A stretch of DNA of 64,000 bases, from contig CDMY01000859.1 in assembly GCA_001179505.1 (NCBI GenBank), positions 180,046 through 244,045 on the forward strand, given 5' to 3'. The notes beneath the pieces were generated by a model. That model did not search any database and was not told the DNA's origin. It worked only from the letters and a program-made list of their open reading frames with translations. Positions 24,007 through 36,659 of this stretch are shown here, one piece after another. The stretch's first letter is position 1. Each line of letters starts with the position of its first letter. The translations under genes were made by a program, and so were the position numbers. Source of the DNA: Vitrella brassicaformis CCMP3155 (Eukaryota > Protista > Chromerida).

Positions 24007-25971
24007 CTATGTGGCGGTGTCCGCCTCTGGCTCAGCTGTGTCTGTCTTTCTCCTCTTGGTGGGCCGCTTGCCGGCGTCTCCGTGGTGGTGGGGTGTGTGT
24101 AGGCGGGACAGATCCTGCACACCCACGTGGATGCGACCCCGCTTCTCACCCAACACACCTACACCCATTCACAGACACACAGACAGACAGACATGGCTGT
24201 GTGTGCTCATACGGAGCATGTGTGAGCGTGTGTGTGTTGGGTCACTCACTTGTGGAGACGTTTTTGACTTTCTTGGGTTTGACCTCCTTGGGAACCTTGA
24301 CGGCCGTGCGCCACCTGTACGCACACACGCACATCCATCCATCCATCCATGTGGATGGAACGGCCAGCAGCAGGAGTGGGCGTGTGTGTATGTCCGTCCG
24401 TGCCCACCGCCTGTCCCTATCCCTACCTGTCTTTGTCGGCCATCTGGTGCCTGTCGATGGTCATCTCGAACGACGGACCCATCTCAACCAACTCAACATG
24501 AGGCAACTGAGCATGGGAACAACACAACACAACACAACACAGCCATCCACCCACCTCACTCCCTGCCCCCTCCATGCCATCCATTCGCACCTCACCTTGC
24601 TGTCGGACTTTTTGAAGTTGACGCGAAAGTGCTGGAAGAGTATGGGTGTGCTGCGGGATGCCCCACCAGCAGATGAGGGCGCCGGGCCGCTCAGCAGGCG
24701 GGCGCTGAGGCTGTCTGGCGCCTGTTCGATGGACGACGAGAGGGAGGGGGGCAGGGCGGCAGACGAATGCTGGTGGTCGAGGGCTGACAGGACGATCAGA
24801 TGGTCAAGTCTGCACACACACACACACCCATAGACACACACGCGTAACATATGGAGTGTGTCTGGGCTATGTTTGTAATGAATGATGGGTGAGTGCGTAC
24901 CCTCCCAGCAGGAGCTCCTTCGGTCGTCCTCTGTTGAAGAGGTCTGCAGAGCAAATAAAGCATCCACCCACAATGAGCGAATGCCAATCCCTCCGTCCGT
25001 CCGTCCTCTCCTTGGCTGATAGACTACTGACCTGTGAGCAGGTTCTTGGCCGTGCCCATCGTCTCACTGGCCTCAAAGGCAGGACCTGCACACACAACCG
25101 CATACACACATGGATGGATGGATGGATGACACTGGCACTCATCGCATAGCCTGGATCTGTCTGCTCCCGTTTTACCTTGCACAAGGATGAGTGGCTTTGA
25201 TCCAAGCTTGCAGGGCTCTACACCCTGAACACATGAACACAACACAACACAGGCGAGCCGTGAATGGCTCTTTCGCTAGAGGGTGCTTGCCTTAAAGTCT
25301 TTGTGTGAGGACGGCTTGTACTTCTGTATGCTCAGCTCCAGCATGTCCAGCAGCGTCTTGTCAAAGATGCGACCCACAACCAGACGGAACGGACGCTTCT
25401 TGGACGTTGACCTGACACACACACACCGGCAGATCCATCCACTGGCCGCCTGCCCACTCACTGACTCACCCAAGTAGGAAGATTCCGCAGTCGTTCTTCT
25501 CGCACAGGTACTCGGCTGACGAAATGTCCTCGAAGGGGTGGAAGCCCTGGTGCCGTCGGGAGAGGTACACGCACTCTGGCTTCAACAGGTCGTGCTGACA
25601 CACACACACAGGCGCATGGCATGCAGGGGTTGTCATGGTGAGTGTGTCCATGCCCACCAGATCGGCCAGCAGCTGCTGGACGTCGAGGCCTGCCCGATTG
25701 CCCTTCATCAGCAACACTCTCTGACAGACATGCAAGACACACACAACCCAACCACACAAACAGGGAGATCTGACGGTGAGGAGGGAATGCGATGTCCAGC
25801 ATCTCTCCTTGTCCACTGATCTGCTCATATATCTGCCTACTCATCCCCTGGCTCACTCACCTTGGCATCTTCGTGGACCTGAGGCTCCTTGGCCTCCAGG
25901 ATCCGCTTGCCCTTCCGGGTCTTGGCCTTCCGGAGCAAAGACGACACAACCGCTTCCTTCGTTGCACTCAT
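24007..25971 (-). CDS. RPF2: Ribosome production factor 2 (Brix domain)
   Basis: Spliced KAKTRKGKRILEAKEPQVHEDAK, HPFEDISSAEYLCEKNDCGIFLLG, SKKRPFRLVVGRIFDKTLLDMLEL, KLGSKPLIL, PHVELVEMGPSFEM, KVPKEVKPKKVKNVS; TAG stop at 24007-24009. Confidence 0.9.
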
Positions 25972-26075
25972 GGAGCTCAAGATCTGCGAGGGGACCCAAT
26001 TCCAAACGCGCCCCCCGCAGCTCGCATTCCCGGCCCTCCCCTCTCTCCCCAGGTTCCCTCTGCCTGCTGAAAGCC

Positions 26076-27616
26076 ATGCCGAAGGTCGTGCCGCCCAAGT
26101 TTGAGCACCCCGGGCTCACAGGCAAACCGGGATAATGCTGCATTCATCCATCCAAGACACGGCAACATCGTCGGCCCTTCCTTCCTTGTGTGTGTATGGC
26201 TGCAGGTCCTCTTCCCTATGACCCCTCCCCCAGTTGTGAGCAAGAACACACAAGGCCCTCACTCGTTCTTTCTCCACACATCCTGGCATTCGCCCTGTTT
26301 GCAGCCCGGGGTCAGATGGTGGGTTCGCCGCGCGTGGGGCCTCTGGAGAACGTGGAGCTCGTTGAGGCCCTCAAGTAGGTCTTTTTGCCATTGGGGGGAA
26401 TGGACACAAACGACTTATCGGTCTGTCTGCGTTGCAGCACGTGGCGCAACAAAATCGATAACAAGTGACCGGCTGACGCGACCATTCTCTTCCCATTTTC
26501 CTTCCCATTCTCTTACTTACACCCTATGTGTGTTGCAGGTACCACAACATCCGTGAGGCGTTCAAGTAAGCAGCCATGCCGGCCCCCCATACGCCAGCCA
26601 TCGCATCGCCCCATTCCTCCATCCACGTGTGCGCAGGCATTTGAAGGGCAAATACGACGGCTACATGACGTACGAGGACTTCTCACACGCCGTGTCCCTG
26701 GTGCTGGGCGAGCTCTCTCGACCCTCTCTCATAAGAGACCTCTTCGAGCTCTTCGACCAAGACAAAGACGGGGTCGTCTCCTGGCCGGTCAGCCAGATCA
26801 CACGCAGCGGAGGCGGAGGGCCTGACACGATTGATGTCACTTGTCTGTTCGCCTCTCCCTGCAGGAGTTTCAGGACATGACGGCCACGACTGGGTGTGGG
26901 TTGATTGACCGCTTCAGACCAAGATGGATCACGCCCCCCAAAGACGGGGGATTCCTCGACATAGAGACTGGTGCATCCATCGCCCACAAACAAGAGCATT
27001 GGAATCATGTCTCTCTCTGCGTGTGCCTGGCGGTGTTGTTTGGTTGTTTCTTTGGTTGCATTCATTCAGCGACGATATTGTTGTGGTCCAAGATACACGA
27101 GCGGTTCATGAGCATCCAGTCGGCCTACCTGGGATTCAACGACAACCTCGACGCGAAAATAGACGAACAAGTGAGGAGCTCAATACATGCAGAGAGGGAC
27201 AGTCAGTTAAGGAGACATACATGTGTGGATCAAATGGAGTGTGGGCGTGTGTTTGTTTCTGCCTTCCATGCCATCGATGGGGGGGTGCCTGCAGGAGTTC
27301 CACGCATTCCTTCAGAAATGCGGCATCTTCATGCGGGTGAGCTGGTTGACGGGTGGGTGTCTGTCTGTCTGGATTGTTATGTGCCACTCGCTACTTGTGT
27401 GGCCGTCCGTGGTCAGCCTGAAGACGAGGAGAAGCTCTTCGCCAACCTGGTGAGCAAACCAACCAGGCACCTGTACTCATTCAATGCACGCCACACCCCA
27501 CCCACATGTGTGTGTGTGGTTGTGTGCAGGACTACAACAATGACGGCAAGATATCGGTGCGGGAGTTCTACGACTCATTCAAGAAGGAGGCGCACCCCAA
27601 GGGAATCGCCATGTGA
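26076..27616 (+). CDS. EF-hand calcium-binding protein (start 26076 via a GC-AG intron, or alternative ATG at 26196)
   Basis: EF loops DLFELFDQDKDGVVSWPEF and LFANL|DYNNDGKISVREF, plus degenerate GKYDGYMTYEDF and FNDNLDAKIDEQ|EF. About ten short exons with frame-consistent junctions; TGA at 27614-27616. Confidence 0.8.
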
Positions 27617-28060
27617 AGGAAGGCTTCTTCCCTCCCATCATCCATACACCATACACTGATTGCACGTCCTGGTTCGTTTCATTTCGCCTGCCTGCCAAGT
27701 GAAGTCAGCTGGGCTGAGAGTGGTTTGTTGTTTGCAGCAGTGAGGAGCTTGTTTGGTGAGGGAAATATGACATGAGCAGCTAGGAGAGAGGAACAAGTAG
27801 GGGATGACATGGATGGATGGATGGGGATATTTCTGGTGAGCCGAGTTTCCAACGAGCGACCGATCGATCATTGACCGAAGACATCCGATCCGATGGATGA
27901 ACACACACGCTCTCTGACCGACACACACGCAGACACAGACACGCACACATGACACCGAACGAGTCTCTGCTGTTGTCTTGTTTCCACCTGACTAGCGAAA
28001 TCAACACACACACATAGTGATCAACGTACACACGCACACGCACATGGAAGCACCACATCG

Positions 28061-28360
28061 NNNNNNNNNNNNNNNNNNNNNNNNNNNNNNNNNNNNNNNN
28101 NNNNNNNNNNNNNNNNNNNNNNNNNNNNNNNNNNNNNNNNNNNNNNNNNNNNNNNNNNNNNNNNNNNNNNNNNNNNNNNNNNNNNNNNNNNNNNNNNNNN
28201 NNNNNNNNNNNNNNNNNNNNNNNNNNNNNNNNNNNNNNNNNNNNNNNNNNNNNNNNNNNNNNNNNNNNNNNNNNNNNNNNNNNNNNNNNNNNNNNNNNNN
28301 NNNNNNNNNNNNNNNNNNNNNNNNNNNNNNNNNNNNNNNNNNNNNNNNNNNNNNNNNNNN
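28061..28360. other. Assembly gap (300 N)
   Basis: N-run. Confidence 1.
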
Positions 28361-28398
28361 CCTCCCCCTCCCCCTCCCAGCTCCCATTCCAGCCATTC

Positions 28399-31300
28399 TC
28401 ATCGACGTAGTGTGTTAACACGTTTTTGGCGGTCAGCACTCCTGACGACGCAACAAAACCCTCTCAAAACTCCCTCTTTTGGTCCGTCTCTTCTCTCCGT
28501 GTCCGGTTGCTCGGCGCATGATTCCTCTGCCTAGGCGTACTCCACGCGATGGCCCGCGGCATCCAGAGGATGTCTGGATGCACAGCAAACACTCACGTGA
28601 GGGCAAAGAAGCAGCGAAATCAGAAACGCCGTTGCTAACCGCACCGCACCCATCCCTCCGTGTCGATGCATGAGTGCACCAGTCAGTCACGCCAGGCATG
28701 TGTCGATAAACAGAAGCCCTCACAAATACGACCGACTGACCACTGAGCATGTGGGTGGGTGCGCCAGTCCGCACCACAAGATCGTGCTGCCCCACGTCTG
28801 TTACTTGGCCAGCTGTCTTGAGGCAATCAAGGACGTGCTCAAATGAAGTTCCCAAGGGTGCATCCTCGAGACCTTCATTCAGCCACCACCCTCACCGCCA
28901 CCAGACAGCAGGCCCGTTGACAACCAGCCAGGAAGGAAACAGGAAGGAAACAAAACAGAATAAAATGGTGAAATGGACAAGCGCGTATGGCGAAGTTAGG
29001 ATGCCCATCAGCAGGGCGTTTACAATGAGTATGTGAGTGGGTGGGTGGCTGTGGGTGTGGTGTGTCCGTCTGCTTTGCCTGTCCCATTGCAGGAAAGAGG
29101 CCGCCATGAGACCGACCGCCTTGCTCGCCACCCACCCACCCCTGCAAGCATCCATCCAACAGAGAGGGCCATGAATGGCAGGTAGGTACGTCGAATGAAT
29201 CAATGGATAAAGAGCAGCTGTGTAGCACTAGACACTGTACACAACACAGCACGTTGCACGACATAGATGGGGCCAAAAAGCGGCCCCGGCACCTCAAGAC
29301 ATCGACCTTCGGTACCGCAACCACACTGCAGTGTGCAGGTACACGGGCACGGGTACCTGTTGCAGTTCGTCGGCGGCGCCGAAGTCAGATATCTTGAGGC
29401 GGGCCGGTACAAGACATCACACCGCAACATAGGACAATACAGGAAGGAGAGACGGCACAGCAGGGCATCCATGCGTCTGTCTTGTCATCTGCCTGCGCAT
29501 CCATCCATCCATCAGGAATGCAGGCACCCGCCCATCGTTTCTCCCATATGAGCGACGCGCAATCCGGACACACCACCTGAGCGTTAACGCTCTCTCTCCC
29601 CTCTCTCTGCCCTCCCCTCACCCCTTTGGCCCACCCGCCCGAGCAGTAAGTAGTAAGTGAACCCTGCCTCACGTATGAATGTCTGTACGTATGTATGTCT
29701 GTATCCATGCATGCATGGCATGCATGGCTCTCCCTCCCTCCCTCCCTCGTTTGTCGTTGGTTGATTCGTTTGGTCGCGTCCCATTCGGACACAGACCCAC
29801 ACGATATCACGACAGACAGACACCACACGCATCACGCATCACGCATCACGCGACAGCTGACCCGACCGCCCCCTCCCCCCTCCTCCCCTTCTCGAGTGCC
29901 GGCAAAAGCTTTATCCGCACGGCAGCCATCAACCGACCTCGACGAACATGAACACCACACGAACGGGAACGCAAGATGGTGAGAGAGAGGTAGAGGGGGG
30001 GGGGAGAGGTAGAGGGAGGGAGAGAGACGGAATGGTCACAGGCAGGTGGTGGGTGAGGTAGGTGGTTGACGATAGAGGCCCGAAAACACACCTAAAAACA
30101 AAGCGAAATCCTCCTTTCCCCTCCCGTCCATCCGTCCGTCCGACCACAGGTGCCTCAGTGCTTCCTGTCTGTCTTTTTTCATGGCAGATCGACTGCCTGT
30201 CTGCCTGCCTGACGGCTGACTGAGTGGATAGGTTTCCGACAGACAGACAGACAGACAGGCAGACAGACCAGACAGGTACACACTTTCGCGTACCGTCAAT
30301 TAGCTGAGGCAGGCACCGTAAAGCACACGACGCCACACGACACGAACCGACGACCAACCGACAAACCGACCATTAGCACGCGGCACCCGGCAACGATGCT
30401 CATCTTCCTCTCCTTATCGCCCTTCTCTCCTCAGCTGGCTTGGGTCTCGCCTCTCGTCTATCTCCTGTCACGCCGTGTGAGTATGGGAGTGGACATGTCT
30501 GTGGGTATGACATGCCACACATACCCACGCCAAGTGGCAAGAGAGAGATGAGAGGGGAGCACCAAGAAAAGGTGAGCGACTCGCAGGCACCTCCCCCGCC
30601 GCTTTCCCACCCCACACGACCACCACGAGTGTACACCAGAGCAGATACGCGGACAGTCGATAAAGCGGTAGCATACACCCGCCCGTATGGGCACACAGGC
30701 GCACACTCACACACGCACACACACAGACACACGACAGCATCCCGTCCCGCCTCTCTTATTGAAAGCCCCTTCCCTCCTCCCCTTAGCTAGACCACCCCAT
30801 CCGACTTTAAGGGGTGGTTCCGACAGCGAAGCTGATGGGTGACGAGATGGGCGAGATGGACGGCGATTCGTTGCCCACCTCGTCGCCCATCTCAGTGCTG
30901 TACTCGCTGTCCGAGCCCTCCCCGCTGTGTCCCATGATCGGCAGCCGGGGGGACTCGTCACTGTGTCCGGTGGAGGACACGTCCACGGCGGCCTTGGACG
31001 AGCTGTGGGCGTGGTGGTGGTGATTGCCTCTGCGGCAGCGCCGCAGAGCAGAGCGGAAAGACGCCGACCGTACCAGGTTGGAGACGCCCCCACACCTGGC
31101 CGCCCCGCCGCCCTCCTTCTCCCGCTGTGTGTCGGTCATGTCTGAGTAGCTGTTGCTCTTGCCGAGGATGATGTCGACGGCCAGGAGTATCTCTTTGACC
31201 GTGTGTGGCTTGGACTGTGGGTGGAATGACCCTTCCTCGGGGATGTCCCGCAGCACCGGCGGGATGGACGACCGACGCTGGGAGCGGCGGAACGGCGGAA

Positions 31301-31550
31301 CGCACGGAGAGGGAGACGCCTGCACCACACACAAGACGCACCCCAGAGACCGACACACAGGGGTGAGACACCAGTGTGTGTCTGCCAGTGGGGGGGTGAG
31401 AGACTCACCTCTGATGGCTTGCCGCTGCTGCAGCCCTGGCCGCTCTGCGATCGTGTGAGGGCCTTCTTAACGGAGGCGACGGCGGTCAGGAATACGCCGG
31501 GTCCGTAGAGACTCTCGCGACAGAGCACCGAGCACGCCGACCGCCGCCGC
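28399..31550 (-). CDS. Probable multi-exon Ser/Thr protein kinase with Ser-rich N-terminal region; middle exons not fully resolved
   Basis: LKISDFGAADEL (~29360-29400), CGT (~29310), VRQGSLTTY (~29650) and RMHPW (~28860). The last three exons splice in frame to TGA at 28399-28401. I could not find the HRD and APE exons. Confidence 0.5.
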
Positions 31551-32198
31551 TGGCAAAACTGACAACTACTCTCCCACCGATGACGGCCGTCCTGACATCA
31601 CGTAAACACACAGAACGGACAGCCACAGTCACACACGATGCGATGTCAGCACCGCACCCTCCCTAGGGCCGTGTCATCTGGTGTGCGTACCAGGGAGCGT
31701 CCGCACGGCAGCCGCGCGAGTGACGAGGTGACGCTGGCCTCGCACAGGCGGCACCTGTGCTCAGTGAAGCGATGGGCCATCTCGCAGCAGTCCCTACGCA
31801 GCGGGGGGTATCTCGGGCGATGTTCAACGTATCTGAGGGATCACAACGGCGATACACAGCAGAGGTGGGAGGTATCGGCGGAGGCCTCAGTGAGGCGAGA
31901 GGGCGTGTGCGGGCGTTGCGGCCACCCACCTTGCGCAGTTGGAGCGTTGACGGATCTTTCACACAAGCAAGGGTGATAAGGGCCTCAGCATCATGGCAAC
32001 GCGATGATAATGCTCATACACCAAAGGGATATTCTTCGCGACGCCAATAATCCTCCGGTCCTGTGTAGGGTGCTCTTGCGCGAAACACAATGCGAGCTTT
32101 TCGTGTTGATCTTCTGCTGCATCTCTCCCTGGTCTGCCTATCGCTGAGTGCGTGCTTTCAATGATCTGAGCCTGTTGATCCATCTAATCAGCTTTCCA

Positions 32199-32782
32199 AT
32201 GTTCCCAGCAGCGTCCCTTGTTGCCTTTGCAGTGGCACTTCCTGCCGTTGCCGCCGCTTTCGTGGCTCCGGCACACCCATCTCCCTCTTTCATCGTTACG
32301 GCAGCAACGCCCTCCCTGCATCTGAGAAGAAATCGCCCCGCGGCATCAGTGCTGGCAATGAGTAGTGATGGTGATGGCAGCGGCAGCCAGGGCGATGTGT
32401 GCAGGGGTGCTTACCTGAGGGAGATGGCCTGGTTTGCCGGTGCTGTGGCGCTCATCCAGACACTGAGGACAAACGCCGAGGCAGTATCTGGAGGTGGGCA
32501 TGATTGCAGGTCGTGACTTGGTGTGTGATATGTGTGTTGAGTGTTCCTCTCTTGCCTGTCAGGTGGGAAGGATTATTCTGGACTGAACCTGTCGAACCAA
32601 GACCTCAGTGGTACCTAGAGAAGCAGGCAGACACTGCCATATAGAGCGGGTCCATTGTGCGTGTGCAGGTCAGTCGTTCATTGGCAAGGACTTCTCTCAG
32701 GCCATCGCTGAGGGCACCAACTTCAAGGGCTCTGGTCGGCAAGCACACACAGAGAGATGCACACACGTGATGACGCTGCTGC

Positions 32783-32813
<31 letters not shown>

Positions 32814-33206
32814 GACACGTCAGATCTGAGCGGCACGCGCTTCTACAAGGCCAACCTCAAAGGAGCTGACCTCAGTGGTACGACGGAAGAAGAGGCACAA
32901 CGAAACAGAAACTGCTGCACAAATCGTGAACGAGCATTCTCTCCTTTCGTCCGTCCAGGTGCCAAGATGCGCGCCGCGTCTTTCGAAGCGGCGCAGCTGG
33001 ACGGCGTCAGTCTCAAGAATGCCGACGCCAGCTCGGCCTACTTCTCCGGCAGCTCCCTGGACAAGGTCGAGTCGATCGAAAACAGCGACTTCAGCGAGGC
33101 GCTGATGCGACAAGGGGTGAACCGTATGCTGTGCGAGCGGGAGGATGCGAAGGGCGTGAACCCGTCTACTGGGGTGGACACGAGGGAGTCCCTCAACTGC
33201 CCGTGA
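32199..33206 (+). CDS. Thylakoid-lumen pentapeptide-repeat protein (TL17/TL20.3-like), nucleus-encoded and plastid-targeted
   Basis: Signal peptide ending AAA|FVAP, S/A/R-rich transit peptide and a lumenal signal ending AEA. A(D/N)LxG pentapeptide repeats (DLSGTRFYKANLKGADLSG) and the characteristic C-terminus LCEREDAKGVNPSTGVDTRESLNCP*. Confidence 0.9.
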
Positions 33207-33531
33207 CGCGGAGAGGGAGGGAGTGAGGGAGGGATGGGTTGATGAGATGATATGGTTGTCGTATAGACTCGTGGACGGGCAGATTTGTTGGCACTGAGAT
33301 TGAACATTGACTTCTTTTTGATGGTTAAGGCCGTTGTCTGTGTCCACTCAAGGAGAAAGAAAACGGACCGACGGCTTCATCCCCACCACCCCCTGACTCT
33401 CAGGTTGTCAGACGCCATACAGCTCAAGCTGACAGAAATCACAGTGTCAGTCGAGGAAGCGTTGATGCGCTCAGAGCAGTGCAAGTGACACACACACACC
33501 CATCCACAAAACCGGCAGACACGGATAAAAA

Positions 33532-34105
33532 TCACGCCCTCTTCCATCTCTCGGCCGGCTCCCACTCCCGCATCTCGTTGAAGAAGCCCGGCACGCGGTT
33601 CCTCTTGCCGGCACCGGCCACCTCCCCTCTGTAGCTCTGTGGCACTCGAAAGCCCTCCTTCGGCCGCCTGACCTTCGCCTTAGCCCGCACAGCAGATGAT
33701 TGGACAGCTGGGGCAGGGGATGGGCCGGCAGCCCGCCATGGCGAGAGCATCATGGGGGCAAGGGCAGGCTTCTTGCTGCCAGGTGGGGGGGTCGATGGCT
33801 GGGGCTTTGGCTTTGCTCTTGCCGCCGACCGTTGGGTGTTGACCTGGTCGGCTGAGGCGCGTATGCGGTCATTCAGCCTCCTGAGGTCTTCGCGGGACGG
33901 AAGGCCTGCATAAGGAACGCAGACCGACGCTTTTGTGTGGGGCTTCTTCTGCATGTGTGGTGCGTGAGTGCCCGCTATTTACCATGCACTTTTGTGCTCA
34001 AATGCTCCACATCAGTGCGGAAGTAGAAAGACACGGGGGCGAAGGAGGTCAGGCCGGCAGTCGGATCAGCACCCAAAGCAGACGGCAGCTTCGCTGACAC
34101 GCACA

Positions 34106-34138
<33 letters not shown>

Positions 34139-35172
34139 TGCAGATGAGGGATGGACACACACAAGGATGTGTCCTGCCTGTGTGGTGTGGGTATTGACTC
34201 CCACCTGCATTCATTTGGTCCCTGTGGACGTTGAGGAACTCAAAGGCAGCTCGGGGCGTGATCAACGACTGGCTGGCAGGACGATAGCTGCAGCAGCGAG
34301 GACAACAGCCATGAGTGGCAGCACCAGTGCCATCCGTCCGTCTGTCTGCGTGCCCACCCATCGTATCTCTGATGGCAGCCGCGACACAGATTGACCTGCA
34401 GTGCCACAACCAGCCCGAAGATGATCTCACCATCCATCCGCCCCAGTCGTCTATAACCATTTCTCACCTTGATTGCGCCGACCAGCCGCCGTGCAGTGCC
34501 CAGCTCATCGCCGCAGTCATAGCACCGCCGCGTGAAGTACCGGTGGATCATATCACGCAGACGAGAGGCTGCAAGAAGGCGTGCACACAACGGACGGCAA
34601 CATTGAATGTGCGCACGAGCCCCACGTGGATGGCCTCCGTAGTACTGTACCTGACAGCTGGTTTTCGGATCGCACACCCTGCGGCAGGGGCACTTGCCGT
34701 GGCAGCTGTCGGTACTTCTCCACCCATATCTCACGCGTATCTGCACACGCTCAAGAACGGCACAATGACCCTCACCCACCGCTTTGTGCCTTTGCTGCCT
34801 ACGTGTGAGTTGGGCGAGGCATTTCTCGACTCTGAAGAGGCGCAGTAGCTCATGCGGGGCCAGGTGGGCCATCACTGAACGCATCACCTCGTCCGGCAAA
34901 GCACCGAACGTGAAGCCATCTCCACGAGCTGAAGCTGAGGACACAGCCGCATTCCCACTTGTTGCGTCCTCCTCCAGGTCGATGGTGACGACTTGTCGCT
35001 GTCTTGGCCTCCGTGACGCCGCAGACTCCTCAGAGATGACTGAGGGACAGCCGGTCATTTGATTCGGTGCAGCAGGCGGTGTACGACGGGAGGCTACTTG
35101 CGGCTGCCGACGGCGGCTGGGCGTCACGTGGGGCATCTCATCCACAATCAAGCACTCGTCATCGATGTCCAT
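33532..35172 (-). CDS. F-box protein with C4 zinc finger and XPA/Rad14-like domain
   Basis: F-box FGALPDEVMRSVMAHLAPHELLRLFRVEKCLAQL...IW. Spliced downstream exons give RCYDCGDE...VNLCRGCHQRY, LITPRAAFEFLNVHRDQM and FYFRTDVEHLSTKVHG|LPSREDLRRL. All junctions are in frame. Confidence 0.7.
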
Positions 35173-36099
35173 GGGCGACTTTCGGTCTGTCAAGAATTCT
35201 TTCCCGGGGAGATTCGAGACAAACCCCGGAATGCTTCCAGTCCGCTCGTCAGATCAGATTCTGTTTCTGGCTGGAATGATGCTAAGCTCGCAGGCGAGTT
35301 GCTCCCTGAAAGAGGAAGAGAATGAAGAGAAGAGGGAGGAAAGGCAAACGACAATGCATTCGCCTCTGGGTTCCTACTCTCGTGCAGGTCGTCTTGAAAA
35401 GAAAGGAGAGGATGTGTGTGCGCGTGATAGACGACTCGCCTCCCCCGAGGCCGACACGTTCATACGGGCGGTGCATGACTCGCTTCCTACCCCTTGACGG
35501 GCCCACACATCAGGCGCAGCGATGGACGGACGCATCGATGGGCTCACACAGGTCGGTAGTAGTGAATGCGCAGAATGAGTTGGGGCTGTGCATTCAGTCA
35601 TCGGATGTCACATCTACAGGTTCATGGGGACGGCGAAGGCCTCGCCAGAATGAGACAAATGCATTCCATCCAACGGCATCCGTCGTGGTACGCTCAGGAC
35701 AGCCCTGCACGCCATGTGATGACTTCTGTGATTGCATGTGTATCCGCTACCCTTTTGCAGGGTGCCGACAGGCAGTGCGTGAGGACTGATGGTTCTGTCC
35801 CGTGTCGGCCGATGTCAACAAGTTAACACACAAGAAGCACAATGGACGAGTAAGCAACCATGACACACACAAGCCGAACACACAGACACCTACCCCTACC
35901 CCTCTCTCTTTGTCTGTGTCAGGAGAGGTGCGGCCCATGCGAATGGTGTTCACAAGCCAGTCATCATCCCCCGAATGTGTTGCTGAGGAGGCCTGCTCAT
36001 GTATGGCTTTTGGTCGGTGTGACCCTATCGACTGAGCCAACTTGGGTACAAACGCATGGACACATGACACTTGCCAGCCAGTATTCGCTTCCTTCCATC

Positions 36100-36487
36100 T
36101 TCCATCTTTCGTGCAGGGCACATGGGGCATGCATGAGAGTGAAACCCACCGATGTCGCTGCTCTCACGTAAGCGACATGACACGCACGTGAAGCGTTTGT
36201 GGAATAGCCAGAGACCGCTTTGTCTCTTGTCTGTGTGTCAGGAGTCCGCGTGAGGGCGAGTGATCGGCTATCGAGGATGGCGAGCGCCGGTCGTTCCGTG
36301 TGGTTTCTTCCTGGCGCCTTGTGATCGATGTTACCCAATCGATTGAGTCACTGTCGCCTCACCACAATGGGTCCAGACACAAGTGGGGCTCGGCCGCCGG
36401 TCTTCACTGACTAACATCTCACCTTTCGTGCAGGGCATATGGGTAGACACATGAGGGACAGAAGGGCGTGGATGTCACTGCTCTCAC
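36100..36487 (+). repeat. Pair of diverged ~65-bp direct repeats
   Basis: ctttcgtgcagggca(c/t)atggg...catgag...gatgtc(g/a)ctgctctcac occurs at ~36100-36168 and ~36420-36487. Confidence 0.7.
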
Positions 36488-36659
36488 TGCTCTTCTGTCG
36501 TGGCTTTGGTGGCTAATCTATCTGCCTTGGGCCGGCCATGCCATCGCTGTGTGCCAGGTGTTGAGTAGGCAGGATCGGTGCATGTGTGTCTGGACTGTTG
36601 ATGTCAGTGAGGCGATCCCATTTTCGAGGCCATTCCATGGAGCTTGAAGGCATCCACTC

